A stretch of 64,000 bases of DNA, taken from positions 147,996,001 to 148,060,000 of the forward strand of contig NC_086097.1 of the NCBI RefSeq assembly GCF_963921235.1. Reading direction: 5' to 3'. This document shows positions 51,100 through 64,000 of this stretch, in pieces. Within the stretch, counting starts at the first letter, position 1, and each line of letters begins with the position of its first letter. Source of the DNA: Mobula hypostoma. Lineage: Eukaryota. The notes below the pieces were generated by a model. That model was not told the origin of the DNA. It searched no databases and saw only the letters and a list, made by a program, of their open reading frames with translations. A program made the translations under genes and the position numbers.

Positions 51100-52500
51100 A
51101 GTTTGGTTAAATATTTAGAGAGATAGCCAACTGTGATGATGAGGGCAATGCAAATGATGTCAACTGCAATGACTCCTGTCAGGCCTTTAGCAAGGTCTCT
51201 CTTGGAAGACTGATTCACAGGTCCAGAGGACGAAGATCTACAGTTCATTTTGCAGTTGAAATCCTGCAAGCACCGGTGTGCCACAGGGGTCAATGTGGGC
51301 ACTCTTGATGTTTGCTATATACAACAATAATCTTGATTTGAATGCATTAATAGATATAATCACTGAATTTGAGATGGAAAATTGATGGCTTTGTTGACAG
51401 GTAGTCTTCATTAGTAAATGATTTTGATGTGTTGTTAAAATGAGCAGAGTAATCGCAGATGCTAGCAGAAGAGCTAGGATATACGCAATGAATGCTTTAA
51501 TCCCTGGAACAGAGAAGATTTCCAAAGGTACTACAGGTCGACCTTCGCTAATCCGGCACCATTGGGACCTGAAGAGTGCCGGATTAGTGAAAATGCTGAA
51601 TTACGGAAGGATCACATTAAGCATAATCAGTGCCGGATTATCGAAGGAACCGGATTACAGGTAGCCGGAATAGTGAAGGTCGACTGTAGTAGGTAAGGAA
51701 GACATACAGGATGATTGTGTTCATCTGCTGGGGATATAAAAACAAGGAGATTATAGTGCAATTATATAAAATATATATAATTGCTGGAGTATTATGTGCA
51801 TTTGTGATCACAACAGTTGTAGGAAGTGTGTGTTTTCATTGAGAAGGTGCAGAGGAGATTCAAAGGTATGTTGCCTGGAACAGAAGGTTTTCAAGCAGGA
51901 GAAGATACAAGTAGGCTGGGTTTGTTTCTGAAAATGAAAAGCAAAAATGCCGGAAATATGAAATAAAAGCCAAAGATGCTAGAAAGCTCAGTAGGTCATA
52001 CAGTATATCTGGAAAGAATGAAACTGATCAGGGGTCTATGACCTGAAATGTTAAACTTTATCTCTTTCCTGAGATGTAGCCTGATCTGCTGAGTGTTTCC
52101 AGCATTTTCTGTACTTGTTTTCCTTGAAATGAAGAAGGCTAAGGGGAGATGTATTTGGGATACACATAATTATAAGTGGAATAATAAAAAGGATTAGTTC
52201 TCCTTAGTAGAGAGGCGTACAACCAATGAATAGAGGTATAAAAGATAGAACACTTAGCGAGGACTTGAGGAAGAATTTTTCTCACCCAGAGAATGGTTGA
52301 ATCCTGGAACGTACTGCCCAAGGAGGTAGAGGAGGCAGGAACTCTCACATTTAAGATGTATTTAGATGAACACTGAAACACCTAGGCATAGAAGGCTTCA
52401 GGCTGATTGCTAAGAAAAGGGGTTAATATTAAAAATGAACTTGATGGCTGGCATGAACACTGTATGCTGAAGGGCTGTTTCCTTGTGTTGGACTCTGATA
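51100..52500 (+). mobile_element. Very old CR1 fragment with nested MITE and an old PLE-like terminal remnant (about 51930-52115)
   Basis: ggtgtgccacaggggtcaatg (GVPQGS), gtgcagaggagattc, tttctcacccagagaatggttgaatcctggaac. Confidence 0.6.
51534..51686. mobile_element. Tigger/pogo-type MITE (153 bp)
   Basis: TA-CAGGTCGACCTTCGCTAATCCGGC ... GCCGGAATAGTGAAGGTCGACTG-TA with internal CCGGATTA subrepeats. Confidence 0.85.
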
Positions 52501-54182
52501 TTTAAATCCAAGGTTCCTTCAGAAGTCAGGAGCAAGCCACAAAAGTTGTTGCTCGTTTTATTAAGCTTTGATAGAACAAAAAAACTGGAGCAGAAGCCAG
52601 TAGTAGAAGGCTTAAAGTCAAGAGACTAAGGGGCTAAGAAGATTAAGATGGCGCTGCTTTGTGTTTAGCTATTTTATACCCATAGAGACAATGAAAGTTC
52701 CATTCAAATTTGTAGATAAGACTCAACCAAAGAAAAAAAAAGCACTCATTCAAATACTGAAGTACCAAGTTAACCAATAAGAAAGCACTTATTCTAATAA
52801 TGCAGAACAAAGAAGCTTCCAGAGCTTTCCAGAATTATACTTCGTATAACCACTAGACTAAGGTATATTTAACTGTTATATGCATATAAGAACTACTTAA
52901 AGTACAAGCAGATAATTGATTGTTAAACTACAAAGAAAATAATTAAACAGGAGGATCCAATACTTAATTCTGAGATACCAAGTCTAAATGATCTGACAAG
53001 ATTCCAGTGGCTTATGATTATTTATCAGAGGTCGTGATCTTCTATTAAAATAGTTTGAAGCCAGCATAAAACTGAGCCATGCTGATAGGTTGACTGCACT
53101 ACCTGTTGATCTTATACATAGAGTAATTTAATTATTTGTAGTTCAATTTGTTCACATAAGTGCACCAAATTCTTGGGGAAATGAGCAGATGTTTCTGTTT
53201 ACCAACTGTCCATTTAGTGGGGAGTAAATAGCAGTATTCATCCCTGCAGTAGCCTGAGAGAGAAGAAGGAAGGTGGATCTTTACAGCTCCGAGTGATTCC
53301 TTACGTAAACATTTTCCAGAGATATGCCACTTCAACTGGTTATAAACAAGTATTCAGCTCAGCAGGCAGCAGGCTTTTGAGTTCCCAGCACATGCCATTT
53401 TATTGTCATATTTCATGGTCATAATCATAATGGAAAGAGTTCACTACCAGCTTTTAACAGCATCACTGCGCACACTTAACAGCTGAACAGATTTGTTTGA
53501 CATATCGCTGGAGCATAGGTAATAAGGTGGTGCAGGGGATAAAATAGACTTTCCTCGTAATTGATAGTTTTTGGATGCTACCATGTCGTGCCTATGTCAG
53601 ATAATAACTCAGATAAGAAAGCATTTTACTGCAAAGCTTATCATCAACAAATTGTAATATATCCAAAAACAAAACTGTATTTGTATTAACCCCTTTCTCT
53701 CCTTACTACATGATAAGATTTTTGGATTATTTTACCAGTTTTTCAATCATTCTCTGAAAGTATTGACTCCTAGTTGTGCAGTTCCACAAGCACCTGATGT
53801 TCCTTGTGAAAAAACAATGTGAGCATTAGCCTTCTGGCTCCCGTTATTGTCCACACATCAAATTTTCAGCCAGGTGTTGCTGGATATTCATCAGATGAAG
53901 AACCCTTATTCAGGAGTTATCTCTCTTGTAGCATGCCTGCCAAAGCAGCTATCACTAAGAGGGTTTTGTTTACTCAACAGACTGGGAGCTTCCTTGCCTG
54001 TTTGCCTCAGCTGTTCACCAGTGATCTTAGTTAAGCCATTAGGGCAGCTGGGCTAGTCATTTTTTTGGGACCTTTTGAAGGAAACAAAGTCCCATTTATG
54101 CAGCATTTTGAACACTCAGCCATGGAAGCTGATTTGTGAAGTCCCATGAATAGCAATGAGATAATGAAGAAATTCAGTAGTA

Positions 54183-55178
54183 AAGGGGGCATGAAAGTTC
54201 ACATTTGTGCAGTCTTTTTTTTATTTAGCATAAATTATAATTGTTCAGATCACCCTTCCCCTTAAGATGTCATCTCACAACCTTTTATCATATTCTAAGA
54301 GAGAAAAGAGGTTGGTTTAACATTTCATCCAAAATGGGATTTTAGTAGTGGACAATTATGCACTGGAATGAAAGATCATCTTAAGAACAGAAATTGTCGA
54401 GTTGGAATGGGTCATATAGTCTCTCCAAACTGCTTAGCCTTTATAATATGATGATAGCTGAGCCTCTAACCTCAACTTCACTTTGCCCACCTGCCTATTT
54501 CAAACCACAATTTCCTGACTCGGAGCTGATGTTGGAACCATTGTACAAGACTGCCATTTGGAGTAGGTTGGCTTGATCTCAGTTTTGAACACCTTGTTTA
54601 TAAATGCTATCAATTGTATGGTTCCAGAGATGGGTGAATAGAAATTGAGATTAATTTTTTTAGAAACAAGGTTAAAGTATTCAAGTTATAAAGAAATTAA
54701 GGTACAATATAACATTTTTTTTCAATTCACATTTCTTGGAGCATAAATGGATGACATGGTTTTGCATTAACAAAATTGTGATATGGACCATCTTCTTAGA
54801 ACGCAAACCCACAGTAACGTGGGTGTTGGCTGTATATCTGTTGGTAATTCTTTGAAACAGTACTAATTTTTACAAAAGTGAATAGAACTATATATAGCTT
54901 GATATAAGGATATTTGTTTAAAGTTATCTACCCATAGCTGATTACCAGCATTACATTCTGAGACCGCAATACTGCCTTCAGTGCCACTTAAAGCTATGCA
55001 TGTCTAGAATCTGGCAACTTTCCCCAGATTGTTTCCAAATTTCCTTATGCCTAATGCTAAACTAGATGGCCTGATAAAAGGTTGTGAGATGACATCTTAA
55101 GGGGAAGGGTGATCTGAACAATTATAATTTATGCTAAATAAAAAAAGATTGCACAAGTGTGAACTTTCATGCCCCCTT
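54183..55178. repeat. ~107-bp near-perfect inverted repeat (54183-54290 / 55072-55178) around a ~780-bp spacer
   Basis: Arms differ by 2 substitutions and 1 homopolymer indel; no TSD seen. Confidence 0.9.
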
Positions 55179-55727
55179 CACAATTGACCAAGGATAAGTC
55201 CAATACATTTTCCTTCATGGAGACACAAGATTGCAGATGTGGCAAACAATCTGCTGGAGGGCTGTTTTTCATGGGAAGAATGGAATTGTTGACATTTTGG
55301 GTCAAAACCCTGAAAACCCCAAGTGTCAGCGCTCAGCCCTTTCAGTTCCTCCAGGAGATTTGTTTTGTCTCTACAATTGTCCTTCATTTTTAGCCAAGAA
55401 ATATTTTGATCAATAAAATCATCCAATTTACTTAAAAAAAAACCTCTTATTAATTAAAGATTTTTTTGTTGTTACTTTATAGTTCTTATATATCTCATTT
55501 CTTAGCACACCTCGCTTTCCTTTATAAAAGAGATTTTCTAGCATTTTGCAAGACACTGATCACAGCAGTCCAGGAGAGCTGAATTAACATCATCACAGAC
55601 CTAGTCATTAACCTGGTGTGCTTCAGCAAATATGTCATTTAAACTAATTTTGACCTTTCATGTTCAGGTTTCTTTAGATAATGTCATCAGCATTCAGAAT
55701 GTTTTAATCAACTTCCAAATAAATGTG

Positions 55728-55728
<1 letters not shown>

Positions 55729-55804
<76 letters not shown>
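55729..55804 (+). repeat. (AAAT)19 microsatellite
   Basis: Read directly from the sequence. Confidence 0.97.
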
Positions 55805-55806
<2 letters not shown>

Positions 55807-57672
55807 AAAAATAGAAATTTGTGTTCTTTTAGATGTAACTTCTCTTGGGGGGAAATGAGATTACACTGTTGAAAGGTAATACAGATCAAAATTCTAAGGA
55901 GTTATAAATCATCAGAGATTAGAATTTTTTTCCCATAATCTAAAAATAAATGTTGCTTTGCATTTGAAAAATCAGAATAACCTACAGTAATGTTGTACTT
56001 ATTTCTGGGAGGTTAACTGACAGAAAATTTGTGTTGTTAATTTTCAAAGAACTTTCATTCTTACTCAACTTTTTATTCTCAATGAAAGTGTTTCCTCAAT
56101 GATGTCCAAAATGATGTACAAAATTGTTAGTTTTGCCAGCAGGGGAGTTTTCAACATAAATGGTCTGAAGAATGACAGTTTTTATTCACTTAAAACAACA
56201 AATTTGAACAGCCAGCAGTCAAACCCTCATTCTTGTCCTCACTGCAATCTCTGACCTGCTGTGACCTCACTTACAACCCTTATATGTATGCCTTGTCTGC
56301 TTTGTTTTTAAATGGTCAATCTATTTTCTGGCCTCAGGATCATTCCAGGCTGCCACATCTAAATATTTTCTGTTCATTGAAGAGGTCACTCAGACTCCTG
56401 AGAGTAGACTTCCCTTTACTTTTTTCTTAATCCTTGGATCAAGAAGAGTAGACAATGGCATATCCTTTCATTTGCAGATTTCTCAAAGAGCAGTTGATCA
56501 CAAACTCCACTCCTCACTGAGTGCAGTCTGTCATAAGTACTTTGTTGTGGTCTGAGCTGACCAGAGAAGTGGTACCTGCTGTGTTCTGCAACAACAACAG
56601 GAGCCTGCAAAACATCAATGGAGAACACTGAGTTGAAGCTGAGTATATCATTTCAGTGCACCAGTATTACACAGGATAATCCAACAGTAATGTTCTATGA
56701 CCGGACATTTCAAGTTCTTTTTGTACAATTTTTGCAAGCATGTTTGTGTAATTCAGAACTCATTTAGTGCCAACATGGAGTGATTGCGAGGCACAAGTAC
56801 ATTCATTCTTTCCAAATTCAGCTTGTCAGGTGGATATGTTACTATCGCCGTCTAATTTATTTTTCATTTTCAGTCTTACTCAACGTGACCCTGACAGTTG
56901 TGGTATTTTCAGTCACTTCAGAAAGTTGTAAGTTAAGACTCCCAAGAATTTATTTCGCCTCAAGGCTGATAGAGCTCTGCATTATTGGAGATGCCATTCT
57001 ATAAATTAAACACTATTACGTAGTCTTGTCTGTTGTTGCAGTTCACTGGAGATCAAAGATTTGCCGAGATCTGGAGGAGAGCAAGTTCTTTTGATGTTCA
57101 GGCCAAAATTCCTTCCTCAGACAGATTCCAATAAAATCATCACTACATGCAGAAGTCTGACATTCAGTTAACTGTTACTAAACTTTATTCATGTTCAATC
57201 TGATGAAGGTGTTGCCATATTGTGCAATTCATTATTTGTCTCCTTTCTATATATGTTTATACTGAGTCCATCCTTTGCCTTCTTCCTTTGGTTCTCTCTG
57301 CTTCCCATCCCATACTTCCCAACCCATTATATCTCAGTCTTTATAAATGTGTCACCAATCAGACAAAACATGTTCCAAATTGCCAAAAGTAAAAACTAAT
57401 TAAAATCAGATTTATTATCACTGAAATATGTTGAGAAATTTGTTGTTTTACAGCAGCATTATCATGCAAAACATCAATAAAATTATAAAATCATTATGAT
57501 AGGTTACAAAATGAATAAATAATGCAAAAAAGGAATAAAGAAATAGTATTCATGGGATCTTCCTGATGATAGTAATGAGAAGTGGGCATAGCCTGGATGG
57601 TGGAGGTCCTTACTGAGGCAGCAGCTCATGAAGATTACCTTGATGGGAAGGGTTGTTTCCTTGATAGAGTGG

Positions 57673-58775
57673 AACAGAACATAGAACAGTACAGGCCCTT
57701 CGGCCCACAATGTTGTGCCGACCCTTAAACCCTACCTCCCATATAACCCTCCACCTTAAATTCCTCCATATGCCTGTCTAGCAGTCACTTAAATTTCACT
57801 AGTGTATCTTCCTCCACCACTGACTCAGGCAGTGCATTCCACGCACCAACCACTCTGTGAGTAAAAAGCCTTCTTCTAATATCCCCCTTGAACTTCCCAC
57901 CCCTTACCTTAAAGCCATGTCCTCTTGTACTGAGCAGTGGTGCCCTGGGGAAGAGTCGCTGGCTGTCCACTCTATCTATTCCTCTTAATATCTTGTGTAC
58001 CTCTATCATGTCTCCTCTCATCCTTCTCTCCAAAGAGTAAAGCCCTAGCTCCCTTAATCTCTGATCATAATGCATACTCTCTAAACCAGGCAGCATACTG
58101 GTAAATCTCCTCTGTACCCTTTCCAATGCTTCCACATCCTCCTTATAGTGAGATGACCAGAACTGGACACAGTACTCCAAGTGTGGCCTAACCAGAGTTT
58201 TGTAGAGCTGCATCATTACCCCGCGGCTCTTAAACTCTATCCCTCGACTTATGAAGGCTAACACCCCATAAACTTTCTTAACTACCCTATCTACCTGTGA
58301 GGCAACTTTCAGGGATCTATGGGCATGTACCCCCAGATCCCTCTGCTCCTCCACACTACCAAGTATCCTGCCATTTACTTTGTACTCTGCCTTGGAGTTT
58401 GTCCTTCCAAAGTGTACCACCTCACACTTCTCTGAGTTGACCTCCATCTGCCATTTCCGCATCCTATCAATGTCTCTGCAATCTTCAACAACCCTCTACA
58501 CTATCCACAACACCACCAACCTTTGTGTCATCTGCAAACTTGCCAACCCACCCTTCTACCCCCACATCCAGGTCATTAATAAAAATTATGAAAAGCAGAG
58601 GTCCCAGAACCGACCCTTGTGGGACACCACTAGTCACATCCCTCCAATCTGAATGTACTCCCTCCACCACAACCCTCTGTTTTCTGCAGACGAGCCAGTT
58701 CTGAATCCACCTGGCCAAACTTCCCTGGATCCCGCGCCTTCGGACTTTCTGAGTAAGCCTACTGTGTGGAACCTT
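57673..58775 (-). mobile_element. 5'-truncated CR1 LINE
   Basis: ORFs 58485..58838 and 57785..58462: [33 protein letters not shown]; same subfamily as 18038-20277. Confidence 0.95.
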
Positions 58776-59379
58776 GAAGATTCCCATTGCGTGGATCTTT
58801 TTGTTAGTTGGGTCAGTGATGGTCAGAAATGCATTCATAATCTGGGTTCAGAATATTAAAGTGTAATGGTAGGAAGGTACAGGAAGCTGGGAAGAGTTGA
58901 AGGAATGGTTTTATTAATTTGTGATGATCTTGGCTCAGTAGAGAGTGATGACCCTATCTCTGGAAACCAGACTGTTTCCATGAAGGTGAGGAATAATAAG
59001 GCAAGAAGTCATTTGTAGGAGTGATGTCGAAGCCTAATTGTAACCAAATGACAAAATGGAACATAAAGGGAACTTAAAGTAATAATATATGCAGTTTGGA
59101 AATATCAAACAGGAAGAGTTCAAAGTATGTTTCAAGATAATTTATATGACCAGCACCATATTGGCCAGTCAGCCCAATAAGAAAGCAGACTGTATGATGA
59201 GATGTCATTGATTTACAATGGGATCATTGATATACATTTAAGAACAATGATTATATTATGATATATTTACTTTGAAGGAAAGAAGAATAAGTCCAAGATG
59301 AGAGAAGTGGTTTGAGGTTACAAAAGTGGTCTGAGGTTACAGAATGAGTTCAGCTGGTAAGTTAGTCAGTGACAGAGCA

Positions 59380-60110
59380 ATGACTTGTGGAAATTAATCC
59401 TGATCAATACAAGAAGATATATTTTGAGAAGTCTGATAAGAATAGGACATATAGCAAGAATAGTGGAGCCTTAAACAGGGGCACTTGTATAAATCCAGAG
59501 ATCCTTAAAGGTGGCAGCAGAGATAAGTAAGTTGGTAAAGAAGGCATACTGGATACTGGTCTTCATTAGCTGGAGCAGAGAATATAAGAGTAAGGAAATC
59601 AGTTTAAAACTTCAGTTAAGTCACAGATGGAAAACGTGCAGTTTTGGCCTCCACATTATAAAAAGGAAATGAATGTATTGTAGAAGGTGGAGAAGAGATT
59701 GCCTAAGACAGAACTTCTTGGTTATGAGGGGGTGTTGGATAGGCTAGGTGTATTTTCCCTTGAAAGGATAAGGCTAGGGAGGAACTGAGAGGCACAATAC
59801 AAAATTTTGAGGATCATAGATAGGGTGGGTGGAAATATTTTGCTTATAATGCAGAGGATTTTAAGATGGACAGAAAGAGGAAATCTGAAGAAAATATTTT
59901 TTTCACTTAGAGGATGGCCACAGTCTGGAAAGTACTGCCTTAGACTGTGTGGAGGCAGAGACCCTCATAAGTATCTGGATGGGCACACGTCTTGCCAAGG
60001 TGTAAAATGCCATGCACCAAGTGCTGGTAAATGGAATGAGTGGAGGGGTACTTGGTTGGCATAGACATGGTGAGCAGAGGTCATGTTTCTATACTTTATT
60101 TCTCTGTAAT
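59380..60110 (+). mobile_element. Old decayed CR1 3' fragment
   Basis: agatccttaaaggtggcagcag, gtgcagttttggcctccacattat, ttttttcacttagaggatgg; boundaries approximate. Confidence 0.6.
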
Positions 60111-60259
60111 TTTTTCAGATTTTTTAAAAGAGCAGCAATTAAATTATGCAATTAAATGAACTGGCAAATAAAATGAAGGAATTGGCTCAGTCAGTCAAGA
60201 TTTGGATTAACTTTTCTCTCCCTTTTAAGAGGGCCTTTCAGAAAACTCAGAATATGTAC

Positions 60260-62350
60260 ATTCCAGCAAACAGAATTTCAAGGGATGAACCCACTATTTG
60301 TGTAAAATCAAAAAAATTACAATTTAACTGAAATAAATGAATGGATAGTTGTGCAAAGATGGTTGGCAGATCAGAGGAGTCTACCAAGTTTTTAAAAAAT
60401 CAATTAATCACTACAATAATAGAAAGAATGAAAGAGCAGTTTTTGCATTAAAGCTAGTCAATAGTTTCAAAACAGCAAGAATTTATAGTTTTAAAAATAA
60501 GAGTTAACTGAGTGTGTGTTTGTCTTAGAGGAATGGTTTCTCAGGTATGAACATCAAAAAAATAAGGAGATGGAGGACAAATTAAACATAATTTTACATC
60601 ACTTGTGATTATAGAGGATTCAAGTAATACTCCAGAAATGCTGCAAATTGGGAGTTAAAAATTTGGAATCAGTACTGAATGAATTTTTTGATTTAGGGAC
60701 TGACAGTTTTTCCAGACCTGATAAACTTGATCCTAGGATCTTAAAAGAAATGACTAGTGAAGTAATTAATGTATTAGTTTTATATTTCTGAAATTCTCTA
60801 CGTTCCGTAAGGTAGCATTAGATGAGAAAATTACAAGTGTGTCTCCTTTGTTAGACAAAGAGAGGAGACAGCTGAAAACTTACAGGTTAATTAGTTTAAT
60901 GTTTGTCATAGCGAAAATATTACATGCTATCATTAACGATGATGTAGCAGGCCACTTTCAAAAATTCAAGTTAATCAGACAAAGTCAACAAGGTTTTGTG
61001 AAAGAGAAGTTATATTTGACCAATTTATTAGAGTTGTGTGCAGAATTAATAAGTCCTGTAGAAAGAGGAGCTGTTGAATCACTTAGATTCCCAGAAAGTA
61101 TTTGATTTGGTGTATTGTAGGAAATAAAAACTCACAGTGTAGGTGGTAAGATATTGATATGGATAAAAGATTGGCTGGCTTGTAGGAATCAGTTAGGCAT
61201 AAAAATACCTTTTCTTCTGGTTGGCAAGATATACAAATGGTATGCTAGTGGTGGCGTCAAGCTTTTACATTTTACGTAATTGACTTGGATGAAGGTATAG
61301 TGGCTAAATTTGCTGATGGCCAAAGTAAATAGAAAAATAATGAAAAGACTATAACACAAGTTCAAAGCGCTACAGATAGATAATGTGAGTGGATCTGACA
61401 AATGGAGTATAAAGTGGGAAAAAGTAAAATTGTCCATTTTGTTAGGAAGATAAAGAAGGTGATAGATTGCAGCACTGAAAGATACAGAAGGACTAGGAAG
61501 CACGTGTTTTATTTGCAAAAGACTGACATACAACTACAGCTAGTAATTTAGAAAGCTAACAGTATTATCCTTTATTCTGAAGAAATTGGTGCATATGGAG
61601 AAGGTGTTTTGGATAGAATGGAATGCAGAGATAAGTTACAAAATCTAATCAACCACAGTCTTACTAAATAGCAGAGAAGATTTGGGAGGACTATACTAAA
61701 ATTTCCTATGGAAAATAGATCTATTTCACTATCAGTTATGGTTTGCAAGCTCCTTTGTTGCTTTTTGAGTGTTTGTGAATTTGTAAAATTAGCCAGAGTA
61801 ACACTGTGGGAAAATATGATGACCACCTGAGGTCTTTATATATTTCTCCATCAACTCCACATGTTTCTACAATGAACATTTGAACCAGTAAACCATGATG
61901 ATCCAAGAGTCATTTCCTGTTGTGTACTGTTGAAGGATATCATCATTGAATAGAACTAGTACCAAAGATGATGGGTTTACTGTATGGAGAGACTGAGAGT
62001 AGTAGGCCTGTATTTTCTAGAGTTTAAAATATAAGAGATTCCATTGGGCTTGACAGGATGCTGGGAGTATGTTTATCATAGCTGAGGTTTATGGAACCAG
62101 GGAATATAGTCTTAGATTAAGAGGTAAATTGAAATGAAAAATTTCATCCCGCAGTCAATGATGAATCTCTGGAATTCTCTACCTTAGATGGCTGTGGATG
62201 TTCAATTATTGAGTTCATTCAGAGATCAATATTTTTAGATTCAAAGGAAATCAAAGTATGTGGAGATACTGCAGCAAATAGCATTGAAGAAAATCAGCTG
62301 TGTTCTTGGAGCAGGTTCAGAGAATCACTTGGCCTTTTCCTGCTCCTATT
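60260..62350 (+). mobile_element. Old decayed CR1 ORF2
   Basis: ORF 60839..61105 YRLISLMFVIAKIL...QSQQGFVKEKLYLTNLLE; 3' end ...ggccttttcctgctcctattt. Confidence 0.7.
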
Positions 62351-62579
62351 TCCAAGGTTCTTGTGAGTTAGAGTAGACAAGGTAGCTCCTGTAATCAAGC
62401 ATTGACCCTTTTTTGCTGAATGAACTGCTGTCATTTGCAAGGTTTAAACGTAAATAATGAGTGAGGTAGGATAAAGTTCTGGATGACGGATGCCGCTTGT
62501 GGAAATGAATCTCCATTAAGGTATGTGCATGCATGTAATAGAGCAGAAAAAGGAGTGAGAGAACTTGAGTAGATCAGAA

Positions 62580-62990
62580 GAAGAAAGAACAGATCATAAG
62601 GGGTGTTAGTTACCTGAATTTTCAAAATTTAACGTTAATATTAGATTGTAGATCATCCAGGGGAAATATGAGGTATTCTAGTTTGCGTAAGTCTTCACCA
62701 TGATCGTGGAGAAGGCAGAGGACAGATAGGACAATATAGAACTGGGAAGTGGAGTTGAAATAACTCACAATGGTAGTATTGGAATCAAAGCACAAGCGTT
62801 TGGAAAACAGTCACCTAATTAACAACTGATCTCATTGATTTAGACAAAACCACATGAAGAGCATTGAATTCAGTAGAAGAGGTTGGAGTGGGTAGCATTT
62901 GAAGTTTTGTCTGACTGGAATGGTGGTTATTGGGGTTGTGCATTTGTAAGTACCACATTTTGCACCTACTTCCAGAAAAGTCATTAGTTT
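62580..62990 (-). mobile_element. Old diverged PLE endonuclease-region fragment
   Basis: 62655-62770 resembles 41000-41120 (gaaatatgaggtattc...ctgggaagtggagttgaaa). Confidence 0.45.
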
Positions 62991-63367
62991 CTGGTTTCTT
63001 CAGGTAATTGCTCTTAAAGGGCCTCCTGCTGCCCAGTGCATCAAATCTTCCAAAGGAGTGATTCTTTGTGGTTGGGATCTCAGTAAAATTGGGAGGTATG
63101 CAACCGACTCTCTCCATTCGTTCTATTCCACCTTCCCCGAGCCACACCATTTATAACAGTCCAAGTGATTATCTCTTTAAGGGCTGGTGTCCTGAGAGTT
63201 TGCTGTATAAAATAGCTGAGCAAAATTGATCTAGCCACAATGGTCAAGAGTGCACCTTCCCTTATTAAAGAGCCTTGCCTCACAAAAATACTCTTGAGCT
63301 CTTACACTATGTTTAATATTGAAAATATTAGACCTAGTCTAAGAAAAGTCAAAACATTTTAATGCAT

Positions 63368-64000
63368 ATAGAAACATAGAAAACCTACAGCACAATACAG
63401 GCCCTTCGGCACACAATGCTGTGCCAAACATACTTTAGAAATTACCTAGGGTTACACATAGCCCTCTATTTTTTTAAGCTCCATGTACCTATCCAGGAGT
63501 CTCTTAAAATAGCCTGTTGTATCCGCCTCCACCACAGTCTCCGGCAGCCCATTGCACACACTCACCACTCTCTGCGTAAAAAAAAACTTACCCCTGACAT
63601 CCCCTCTGTACCTGCTTCCAAGCACCTTAAAACTGTGCCCTCTTGTGTTAGCCATTTCAGCCCTGGGAAAAAGCCTTTGACTATCCACACGATCAATGCC
63701 TCTCATCATTTTATACACCTCTATCAGGTCACCTCTCATCCTCCATCGCACCAAGGAGAAAAAGCCAAGTTCACTCAACCTATTCTTGAAAGGCATGCTC
63801 CCCAATCCAGGCAACATCCTTGTAAATCTCCTCTGCACCCTTTCTATAGTTTCCACATCCTTCCACTAGTTAGGTGACCAGAACTAAGCATAGTATTCCA
63901 AGTGGGGTCTGACCAGGGTCCTTTACAACTGTAACATTATCTCTCAGCTCTTAAACTCAATCCCACGATTGATGAAGGCCATTGCACCATATGCCGCCTT
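63368..64000 (-). mobile_element. CR1 LINE 3' end, continues beyond the window
   Basis: ORF 63452..63856 IERVQRRFTRMLPGL...TRGHSFKV; tail TTTCTATG repeats. Confidence 0.95.

Noticed and set aside
55704..55889. ORF with FIYL repeats
   Set aside because: Translation of the (AAAT)n microsatellite.
56600..57130. Possible ancient DeuSINE-like remnant or conserved non-coding element
   Set aside because: Resemblance too weak to support without an alignment.
49646..64000. Terminal ZC3H3 exon (expected to resemble GKPLHIKPRL-stop)
   Set aside because: No convincing match found by eye; a phase-compatible candidate after tttgtag at about 52716 lacks similarity. Probably beyond the window or missed.
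1..64000. CRISPR arrays, rRNA, snoRNA and the many short ORFs in the track
   Set aside because: No regularly spaced repeat-spacer array or recognisable structural RNA gene; short ORFs are TE fragments, their antisense frames or random.

Overview
Eukaryotic (vertebrate) genomic DNA. The repeat content (abundant CR1 LINEs with an esterase ORF1, a V-SINE, Neptune-type Penelope elements, Rex/Babar, Charlie-type hATs) suggests a cartilaginous fish, probably a ray; this is an inference. The only host gene I can support is ZC3H3 on the + strand, seen as three coding exons (1076-1207, 48358-48551, 49452-49645) with canonical GT-AG sites and consistent phases. Nearly everything else is intron, including a 47,150-bp intron packed with nested transposable elements. 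The most interesting system is a Penelope-like element (PLE) family whose terminal repeat carries a minimal type I hammerhead ribozyme (AGUC-CUGACGA-stem II-GAAAC-GUC-GACU). It occurs as (i) a near-intact 3.66-kb element with one frameshift, a 16-bp TSD and two tandem ribozymes bracketing the ORF, (ii) several short ribozyme-bearing insertions with 13-15-bp TSDs and inversions, and (iii) a composite insertion in which two inverted PLE ends enclose about 960 bp of CR1 cargo inside one 13-bp TSD. Also notable are a hAT family that captured a CR1 3' end before amplifying and an unexplained ~107-bp inverted repeat. All calls were made by eye; no database searches were run.
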